Positions 22,879-30,862 of a DNA stretch of 64,000 nucleotides are shown here, piece by piece. The notes beneath the pieces are model-generated. The model was given only the letters and a program-made list of their open reading frames with translations, was not told the origin of the DNA and did not search any database. The stretch is from Blastocystis sp. Blastoise (taxonomy: Eukaryota; Protista; Bigyra: Opalinata). Every line of letters begins with the position of its first letter. Positions within the stretch are counted from its first letter, which is position 1. The stretch lies in NCBI GenBank assembly GCA_039096225.1, contig JBBPEB010000006.1, forward strand, positions 186,001 through 250,000, given 5' to 3'. Both the position numbers and the translations under genes were made by a program.

Positions 22879-25200
22879 ATGTTTGAAACTAATGATAATA
22901 TTATTAAAACACAAATTATACCTATTAACACTTTAAGTGTTAATAATGAATTTGATGTACATCTTGATACAAATATTGATATACAAGGTGATACTATAGG
23001 TTTTGTTGATCTTAATTTATGTAGTAATATTAATTCTAATAATGAACAAATACCTATATTTAATACTATTGAACAAGATGAAACATTAGCAATAAATGGT
23101 AGTCTTATTGATATTCCTAAAGGTTATTATGATTTATCTACTTTATTAAATAAAACTGGATTTAAATTAAAACAAGAAGAAAATAATGAAAATAATGAAA
23201 ATATTGCTTTATTATCTTATACTTATGAACAACCTAAAATCTTTGTTGTAGATTCAAATAATAATAAAGTAAAAATATATATTAGTGCAGGAAGAAATCA
23301 ACAATCAACTATACCTAATGGTAAATATACAGAACAAGAATATATAGAAGAAATTGTATGGGGAATGAATAGTTATTGGGGTTCAACGGCATCCTCTCGA
23401 TATTGTGTAGATTGGAGTGAATTTGCTTATAGTATACGATTAGCAAATAGTGGTGAAACTATACATTGGATTAATCATGATGACACAGTAGGTGTCTTTA
23501 GTACTGCACACTCATTTCATTTTAATACATTAGCAAGTAGTATATCAGGTGATTATAATAAATATAATTATATTACATTTAGTAATACTAATGATAAAAC
23601 AATATGTAAACAAGAATGGAAATTTGATAGAGTAGTTAATTTTGATGTTATTGAAGAAGGGAAAAATTCAATATATATGAGTTGTGGTCCTGATGATCCA
23701 AAAATGTTTCTTATTACTATACCTCCTGGAACATATACACAAAAATCATTTTATGAAGAATTCTGCAGACAATCAAGTATAGCATGGCCGGCAATAATAC
23801 AACCTGGTGGTATTGATACACTTGATGACTGGACAGAAGAACATCCATTCTGGTATTTACAAAATGAGGAATTAAATTATGTTTATTTAAGTAATTATGA
23901 CTTAGAACATAGTTTAATGGATTATTATGGTATATTACATAATTTACAAACATTTAAATATTTTAATTCATTTACACCTATGAATATGTGGGATGTACAA
24001 GATGGTCCAATGCCTAAATATACAGATTATCCAGAAGAATTAAAACAATGGGTACCAGGATATACACCTCCAATAAATACTACTATTATTCCTACATATC
24101 ATACATATATAGATGCAAGATTTATTAATTTTGCTACTTGCCCACAGTTACGTGAAATATTAGGATTTACACAAGAATATTATTTAAATGATGATATAAA
24201 AATAAGTGAGAATATAGCTAATATTACTGGGAAAAAATCAGTTTTACAATGTCATTGTAGTATATCTGATACTACTAATAATTCTTTATGTTGTATACCA
24301 ATAAGAGATCCTCTTGGAAATAATCAATTTCATGATGTTTTAAATAGTCATGTTAATGTAGGAACAACACATACAGATTTTTTAAGATTTCGTTTTACTG
24401 ATAATTTAGGAAATGGAATAGCAATAGCAGATAATACAAAATTACTTGGTTTTTTAGAATTAAAAGATACTGTTGATTGTTTAGAACAACCACAAACATT
24501 AAAAAATTTAAATTTATCATGTTTAACTCAAGATATCGATTTTGAAACTGATTTTAAAGATTTGAATTTAATAAATAAAACTATAAAAGATATTATTATA
24601 CAAAATTATAGTCCTACAACTACTGGTCAAATAAATTCATTATTTATAAATAATTTTCAAAATCCTGTTTGTATATTTAATACAGATCAAAGTTTTCTCT
24701 ATTATAATAATGTAAATTCTCCAATATCAGTAAATCATTTTATAAAATTATTATTTAAGTATCCATTTAAAGGAAATATTATTTGTAATATATGTGAACC
24801 TATATCTATTCCAAGATTATTTTTAGATTGGGATGAAATCTATTGTGATTTTACAAATACAAATAAATTAAGTTTTAATATTCATAAAATATTAAGATAT
24901 AGTCATGCATATTTAACAAATATATTAGTATTATCTACAGATATTAAAGAAACTGATTCTAGTGTTGTTACTTTAAATTGTTTTCCTAATAAATATCAAA
25001 ATATTATTCATATGATATTTCCAGGGGAATTACCTTATTTTTATAATTCTGATCAAAAATATGATTGTATAAAACAATATATGAAACCAAATACGTATGT
25101 ATGTAATCGCAGTATGTTGTCATTACTACCAAGCATTACGTCATTTGAAATAAGCTGTGACGTGAAGTGTGTCATACTCTTAAAGATCCAATATAATTAA
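22879..25200 (+). CDS. Extended penton-like / spike protein (773 aa)
   Basis: Three IPxGxY motifs (IPKGYY, IPNGKY, IPPGTY), LREILGF, LQCHCSI and LRFRFTDNLGNGI mirror the short penton, with long insertions. Confidence 0.62.
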   Translation: MFETNDNIIKTQIIPINTLSVNNEFDVHLDTNIDIQGDTIGFVDLNLCSNINSNNEQIPIFNTIEQDETLAINGSLIDIPKGYYDLSTLLNKTGFKLKQEENNENNENIALLSYTYEQPKIFVVDSNNNKVKIYISAGRNQQSTIPNGKYTEQEYIEEIVWGMNSYWGSTASSRYCVDWSEFAYSIRLANSGETIHWINHDDTVGVFSTAHSFHFNTLASSISGDYNKYNYITFSNTNDKTICKQEWKFDRVVNFDVIEEGKNSIYMSCGPDDPKMFLITIPPGTYTQKSFYEEFCRQSSIAWPAIIQPGGIDTLDDWTEEHPFWYLQNEELNYVYLSNYDLEHSLMDYYGILHNLQTFKYFNSFTPMNMWDVQDGPMPKYTDYPEELKQWVPGYTPPINTTIIPTYHTYIDARFINFATCPQLREILGFTQEYYLNDDIKISENIANITGKKSVLQCHCSISDTTNNSLCCIPIRDPLGNNQFHDVLNSHVNVGTTHTDFLRFRFTDNLGNGIAIADNTKLLGFLELKDTVDCLEQPQTLKNLNLSCLTQDIDFETDFKDLNLINKTIKDIIIQNYSPTTTGQINSLFINNFQNPVCIFNTDQSFLYYNNVNSPISVNHFIKLLFKYPFKGNIICNICEPISIPRLFLDWDEIYCDFTNTNKLSFNIHKILRYSHAYLTNILVLSTDIKETDSSVVTLNCFPNKYQNIIHMIFPGELPYFYNSDQKYDCIKQYMKPNTYVCNRSMLSLLPSITSFEISCDVKCVILLKIQYN

Positions 25201-25324
25201 AAATAATAGTTTCTCTTTTTAAAGATATTCGTTTCTCTATTTCTCTATTTTTTTAATTTTATTTTATAAATCATTTTTATTTTATTATTTATTATTTTTT
25301 AAATAATTCTGAATTCTACTGAAA

Positions 25325-25957
25325 ATGTCTGAAGATTTGAATAATTTAGTTTACTCTAAACTCCTTAAAGAAAATAATTTAAGTAAAAAACTGGAATTAT
25401 TGAAATGGAATATGAAAGAGCCTTATAATAATAATATTGATGATTATATATTTAATATCCGTCAAACAGTGGACTATATAAAGGAATTGAATACTTATTT
25501 ATTTGATACTCTTTATATGTATGATAATATCTTGAATGATGAAAATGCTAAGAAAGCTGCCCCTGAACATTTAGCTCTTATTGATTATTCTGCTGATAAT
25601 AGAAAACTTCATAAATTTATAGTAAAACAAATTCATGAAGAATTTTCTGATATAGAAAGTAATCTTCAATTTATTGAATTTTCAATTCATGGTATGTATG
25701 ATCCTGAAGCATTATTTAAACAAATGAAAAGAATCCGTAAAGAAAAATATGATGAATGTGAAAAATTTGTAAAATATAATATATCTAAGAATGGTATTGA
25801 TACTCCACCAAAGACTCCTACTCATGAAGCTAAAAGAACTAAGATTGAACCTAGTCAACCTGAACGTAATTTAACTCCTTTAGTTACTTTCTCATCTCTT
25901 AATCTTGACTGTATATCTGAATCTGAAGATACTACAACTAATTCTGATAAAGAATGA
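25325..25957 (+). CDS. Hypothetical 210-aa helical protein
   Basis: Clean ATG ORF within the element; no recognised motif. Confidence 0.7.
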   Translation: MSEDLNNLVYSKLLKENNLSKKLELLKWNMKEPYNNNIDDYIFNIRQTVDYIKELNTYLFDTLYMYDNILNDENAKKAAPEHLALIDYSADNRKLHKFIVKQIHEEFSDIESNLQFIEFSIHGMYDPEALFKQMKRIRKEKYDECEKFVKYNISKNGIDTPPKTPTHEAKRTKIEPSQPERNLTPLVTFSSLNLDCISESEDTTTNSDKE

Positions 25958-26112
25958 ATTTATATTTATTATTTAATTTTATTTTTATTTTTTTATTTTT
26001 ATATTTCTTATTGTATTAAAAATTATTATTAATCATTTTATTTGTTGTTTAGTTATTATTATTTTTTTTAAATTAAAACAAAACACATATATATTATATA
26101 TAAAAAAAATAA

Positions 26113-26532
26113 TTAATTATTATTATTATTAAAAAAAGAATTTACTGACATACAATCATTTTGATTCATACGATTATTATTTATAAAGGGTGGCTGTGTT
26201 AAATCATTATCTATAGAAGATATATGTGGTTGTGAAGATAGAATAGAATTATTATTATTATAAATATTTTTAGAATATATTTTTTGTATTTCCTTATCTA
26301 TAATATTTTGAATTTCTTTACGACATTGATTATCATCTATAAATTCACTGGCACGACGTAAACCATTTAATTCATTTTTTGTAAAATTTGCATTCTTATG
26401 AAAATCTATAAATCTACAACATAAACTAAATATACGATTTCCATAGGACCTTATAGCATCTTTCTTTATACCACGTAATTCTTCAGCAAAATTTGCATAA
26501 GTCATATTATGTATATTAATAGGTTGTGACAT
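26113..26532 (-). CDS. Hypothetical 139-aa protein
   Basis: Clean ATG ORF downstream of the protease; no recognised motif. Confidence 0.6.
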   Translation of the reverse strand: MSQPINIHNMTYANFAEELRGIKKDAIRSYGNRIFSLCCRFIDFHKNANFTKNELNGLRRASEFIDDNQCRKEIQNIIDKEIQKIYSKNIYNNNNSILSSQPHISSIDNDLTQPPFINNNRMNQNDCMSVNSFFNNNNN

Positions 26533-26620
26533 TTTTATTACTATATAGAAAAATAAAATAATTATGTCAATAAAGAAAACTTATTTTTGTTTAATATATT
26601 CAGTTCACATCAGAATTTTT

Positions 26621-27205
26621 TTAACAAGGCATTATATTACTATTACTTAATAAATATAATAAAGAATAATAAAAACAACCATTAGCATTTTCAGATGTGC
26701 TTTGATGTTGAATAGGACTGAATACTATGTTATGACTATTTACAAAATTTCTACTAAAATTTGGTTTATTCCCAAGACTACTATAATGTTCTATTTTCTT
26801 TGGAGTATAGATAATAGCTTCAAAATGTCCAAAGTTAGGATCTGTATTACTTTGATGAAATATCATATTATATTTTGTTCTATCATTATCTATATTATTT
26901 TCAAATTCTTCATAACTATTATAATAATTATATCCATTTGGATTTGAATGATTTAACATATTCATTGTTGATTTTGCTCGGCTACAAGCTACAGCACTTG
27001 TTGGCTTATTTAAATAACCATAATTATAAATTTGTTTTATTAAATTTTTAGGAATTAATGTATATTGACTAATTTTTTGAGAAAAATCTTCGGGAGATCT
27101 AGGAGTTACTTTTCTATCAGAATCACTTATAATAGGATTATCACAATCTAAGTGTTCTTGTATAAGTTTCTCATTCTTACTTTCTTCTAAACCTCCCCCT
27201 CTCAG
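26621..27205 (-). CDS. Adenain/Ulp1-like maturation cysteine protease, probably the -1 frameshift extension of the 468-aa ORF
   Basis: GHFEAII (His), EHYSSLG, QHQ...NGCFYYSLLYL (Gln, Cys). The frame is open to 27214, 83 codons upstream of the first ATG (26965). Confidence 0.8.
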   Translation of the reverse strand: MRGGGLEESKNEKLIQEHLDCDNPIISDSDRKVTPRSPEDFSQKISQYTLIPKNLIKQIYNYGYLNKPTSAVACSRAKSTMNMLNHSNPNGYNYYNSYEEFENNIDNDRTKYNMIFHQSNTDPNFGHFEAIIYTPKKIEHYSSLGNKPNFSRNFVNSHNIVFSPIQHQSTSENANGCFYYSLLYLLSNSNIMPC

Positions 27206-27211
27206 TTTTTT
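27092..27211 (-). promoter_or_regulatory. Predicted -1 programmed ribosomal frameshift signal
   Basis: A_AAA_AAC (27211-27205) in the correct phase directly before TGA, 7-nt spacer, stem GGGAGGUUUAG (27197-27187) with CUAGAUCUCCC (27102-27092). Confidence 0.75.
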
Positions 27212-28608
27212 GATTTATTCCCATGTTTATTTCGTTTACATTGTTGCATATATTCATAAAATGCTTTACCTTTTAATTTTTGTTTACTGCCAGCAGCACG
27301 TAATACACCACTAGCTTTATAGGGTTTATCATCTATTTGTTTAATATCTTTTGTTTTTTGAGAATTATCACTTATTAAATTATCATTTTGATTTATTTGT
27401 TGAGAATTTGCTGCTTTCTGCTTTTGATAATTTTCTAAATTTTTCCTTCTTTCTTTTAATTCTTCTTTATGATAATCACCTTCTACTTCCATTTCTTGTT
27501 TCTTAATTTCATTTTCTTCTTTCATTGTATCCCATGCTTCTTTTAATTTACCTGGTTGTGCATAATACATTATTTTAGAAGGTATTTCTTTTACCATATT
27601 CCATATATTTGGTAAATTATTTATTACACCCATGACCTCATCTGCTACTGCACCACCACGCTTTAATCTTAAATGTTCACCATCGGGAGATTCATTAAAA
27701 TCTATATATTTACGTAATTTAGACATATTTAATGGTTTTAAGCCTGCTGCACGCATTCCTTTACGGTTATCTACCATAAATTGTAAAGCATTAGCTATTT
27801 GTGGTGGAATTAATTTCCCTTTTTTATTTTTTGTTTTAAAGAATTTCCTTACAGATTTATCATCTAAAGAACCACCTCTAGAAGACTCCATCGCAGTAAT
27901 AACTCCTGATAAATTATTTTCTAATAATGTACCACCAAAGGTTTTATTTAATTTTCTATGAATTCCATTACCTTGATTACTATTGGCTATCTTCTTTATT
28001 ATATTTAATGAACCATTTACTATACCACCTTGTGAATCATTATTATCACCAGTTAACATATTACCTATATGTTCTACTGATTTACGTTTTGTAGCTTTAC
28101 CTATAGCTTTCATTGTATGACCTAAAGTTTTTGTAATTATACCACCACCTTTATTATTTTGTAATTTATTTAATTCACGACTATTATAAGCTAATCCTTT
28201 ACCTTTTATACCTATACGATTACGTGCTTTGAAATTAGTAGGATTAATCTGTGGATCATCACTAGTATGAGCTTCTTCTTGATTATCTACAGTATCATCA
28301 TATCGCCTTTTATTTATTACACCTTTTCCTACAGGTTTTGCTTGTATTAAAGCTCCTCCTGCACCTGTATTAATACCAAATTCTTTATCACGATTAACAT
28401 AAGAATTTATTTTATTTTCTATTTGATTTTTCTTTTTTAAATTTGATACTAAAAAAGATGAATTTGGACCTACTTCAAATATTAATGGATTATATTCATC
28501 TAATGTTTTTAATGGTTGAGGTTTATAAGGTCTATTTTCTTTACCAACTGCTATTTTATTTATACCAAATGCACCAGGGCTTGGCATACCTAATATACAA
28601 GTTTCCAT
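27202..28608 (-). CDS. Basic 468-aa putative core polyprotein with repeated GG/GxG motifs
   Basis: GAGGA, VGKGV, KGKGL, KGGGI, QGGI, QGNGI, FGGT, RGGS and RGGA motifs; Lys-rich; abuts the protease frame. Confidence 0.65.
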   Translation of the reverse strand: METCILGMPSPGAFGINKIAVGKENRPYKPQPLKTLDEYNPLIFEVGPNSSFLVSNLKKKNQIENKINSYVNRDKEFGINTGAGGALIQAKPVGKGVINKRRYDDTVDNQEEAHTSDDPQINPTNFKARNRIGIKGKGLAYNSRELNKLQNNKGGGIITKTLGHTMKAIGKATKRKSVEHIGNMLTGDNNDSQGGIVNGSLNIIKKIANSNQGNGIHRKLNKTFGGTLLENNLSGVITAMESSRGGSLDDKSVRKFFKTKNKKGKLIPPQIANALQFMVDNRKGMRAAGLKPLNMSKLRKYIDFNESPDGEHLRLKRGGAVADEVMGVINNLPNIWNMVKEIPSKIMYYAQPGKLKEAWDTMKEENEIKKQEMEVEGDYHKEELKERRKNLENYQKQKAANSQQINQNDNLISDNSQKTKDIKQIDDKPYKASGVLRAAGSKQKLKGKAFYEYMQQCKRNKHGNKSKN

Positions 28609-28677
28609 TATTAATAAAATATATTTTTTATAACAAAACTATTCTTTTAATAATAAATAAAATATAAATAAATAATG

Positions 28678-29517
28678 TTAATAATTTATATGTAAAATAT
28701 ATTCATCATATAATGCACCTTTACTTCTTACATATGTATTTTGACGATAAAATGATAATACTGAAGTATATTGTATATCTTTATCATCAAAAGATTTTTT
28801 CATTTCATTACTACATGATATATATACACATATAGCATCTTTCATTTCTTTCACAGTTTCTAAAAATTCATTATTTGAAAATTTATCTTTACTATAACGA
28901 TCAAATGTATTCATATAGGGTGGATCCATATAATATATACCCTTAGGATATTTCTTTATTATATCACGATAATCATCATTTAATATAGTTACATTATTAT
29001 AATTTAATAAAGATGATATTTGTAAAATATTTTCTTTATTAAATATATTTTTATTTCTTTTATATCCCCATGGAGTATTAAATTCATCTTTTTGATTTAC
29101 AGAATATATACCACAAAAACATCGTTTATTTAAAGCAATAAAGTAAGCACAACGCATCAAAGTATTTGTACAAGTATTAAATATTTTACGTAATTCATAA
29201 TAATTATCAGAAGTATCTTCTACATCATTTAATTTTTCTAATTCAACTATTAATTTTATTGGATAATCACGAATATATTTCCAACAATTTATTAAATCAG
29301 TATTAGTATCACTAATTACATATTTACGATCAGTTCTATCTTGATAATCTTGCATCATTAAATTTAAGAATACATGACCACTACCAATAAAAGGTTCAAT
29401 ATACATTGGATTTTCATTATTATTTCTAGGTACTGACTTTAAAATATCTGCTATTTGACCAGCTACTCTACGTTTACTACCAGGCCAAATAACAAAGGAT
29501 GAATACTGTTTTGACAT
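28678..29517 (-). CDS. D12-class N6-adenine DNA methyltransferase (Dam-like)
   Basis: WPGSK, YIEPFIGSGHV, SDTNTDLINCW, catalytic YMDPPY. Confidence 0.93.
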   Translation of the reverse strand: MSKQYSSFVIWPGSKRRVAGQIADILKSVPRNNNENPMYIEPFIGSGHVFLNLMMQDYQDRTDRKYVISDTNTDLINCWKYIRDYPIKLIVELEKLNDVEDTSDNYYELRKIFNTCTNTLMRCAYFIALNKRCFCGIYSVNQKDEFNTPWGYKRNKNIFNKENILQISSLLNYNNVTILNDDYRDIIKKYPKGIYYMDPPYMNTFDRYSKDKFSNNEFLETVKEMKDAICVYISCSNEMKKSFDDKDIQYTSVLSFYRQNTYVRSKGALYDEYILHINY

Positions 29518-29614
29518 ATAGAAATAATAATATTTTAAAACAAAACAAATATTTAAAAAAAATACATTAATAGAATAAATAAGAAATATATATAATAATA
29601 AAATAAAATAATTT

Positions 29615-30355
29615 TTAAGGTTTTATAGAACATACAGGCATAGTACTATAATGTTGATCACCTCTTTCAATAATCATCATTTGAGTTGCATATAAGTTAA
29701 AGAAATAACGAGAATTGCCATTGACTATCTTATAATTAACACTTACAGAAAAAAGCACTTTAATAGTACTACCAGGAGTTAAGAATGTTTCATTAAATTT
29801 CATAACAGAGTATTTTTCATTTCGAAAACAAGTTAATAAATTCAGTTCACAATCATAAGTATTCAAACGGACAAAACTATCTTTTAAAGGAACATTGATA
29901 GTCATAACCTTAGTAGGAGTACTCTTTAAAGGAGAATCTATATAATAAAGTAAGTTTGAAGGCCTATTAACAGATAAACAAGAACAATTATCAGAAGAAC
30001 AAGTAATACAATTGGAGTTGTCAAGAGAATAAGGATACTTCTTCATTACAAAATCCATATAGACAGCACGACTCTCAGCAGTAGGGAATAAAGACATATA
30101 TACAAAATCATCAATTGACTTAACAAGACAATTGAAGTCTTCGTTATCCATAAATAAAGTTAACTTCGAAGAAAATCCATCAGAGAAATATTTCAAAGCA
30201 AAAGGGGCAATTAAGGCGGGAGTTTGAATAAATAATCTTTTTTCTTTATAATAAACATCATACCTTTCAGAAATATTATCAATTGGGTCTAACTTAACAA
30301 GGGATAACTTCGTAGCATCAAAAGAATCTTCAGGGCGGACAATAACACTAGACAT
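29615..30355 (-). CDS. Putative OB-fold single-stranded DNA-binding protein (NCLDV-type)
   Basis: Likely start MSSVIV at 30355; LFIQTP..APF and L..IDDFV motifs; divergent from the primase-helicase. Confidence 0.65.
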   Translation of the reverse strand: MSSVIVRPEDSFDATKLSLVKLDPIDNISERYDVYYKEKRLFIQTPALIAPFALKYFSDGFSSKLTLFMDNEDFNCLVKSIDDFVYMSLFPTAESRAVYMDFVMKKYPYSLDNSNCITCSSDNCSCLSVNRPSNLLYYIDSPLKSTPTKVMTINVPLKDSFVRLNTYDCELNLLTCFRNEKYSVMKFNETFLTPGSTIKVLFSVSVNYKIVNGNSRYFFNLYATQMMIIERGDQHYSTMPVCSIKP

Positions 30356-30521
30356 CTTCAAAAAAATTGTAAAATTCAAATAAATAAATAAATAAAATTT
30401 ATATAAATATTGCAATTGCAAAAAATAGTTGAACTGAATACTAAAAAAATAATAGTTTCCACTAAAATTTGAATTTAGCCAATCATATTTCAATATCTTT
30501 TGACAAATAGCTAAGTCATAG

Positions 30522-30800
30522 TGACGGAGTTTGGAGCAATATTCAAAACCACCAATTTTGGATCTTTCCGGAATGACGACGTTTGGAGCAATTTTCAAAA
30601 CCATTCATTTCGAATCTTTCCGGAATGACAACGTTTGAAACAATACTAAAAAACACATATTTTATTTTTCCTGATATGACGTCGTTTGGAGCAAATTCAA
30701 AACCACTCATTTCGAATCTTTTCGGAATGACAACGTTGAAGCAATATTCAAAACCATTTATTCTATTTTTTCCTGATATGACGAACTTTTAAACAATATT
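30522..30800. repeat. Degenerate tandem array of ~51-52-bp units (five full plus one partial)
   Basis: Units start at 30529, 30581, 30633, 30684 and 30735; consensus roughly GTTTGGAGCAATATTCAAAACCA...TTCCGGAATGACRAC. Confidence 0.9.
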
Positions 30801-30862
30801 TAATTTGAATCTTTTAAAAATAATATTTAATTTATTTGAATTTTTTAAATATTTTTTTGAAA

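Noticed and set aside
27187-27269. In-frame intron (GTAAAG...TTTAG) as the way to fuse core and protease
   Set aside because: Formally possible but disfavoured: its 3' end is G-rich unlike local introns, and it would not explain the phased heptamer, stem or LRGG site. Kept as a testable alternative.
14157-28667. Small antisense or nested ORFs in the element (14157, 14406, 15696, 23717, 26702, 27632, 28443)
   Set aside because: They overlap well-supported genes and show no motifs.
30522-30800. CRISPR-like look of the periodic array, and the 69-aa ORF 30583-30792
   Set aside because: The whole unit is repeated with no unique spacers and no cas genes; the ORF is only a translation of the repeat.
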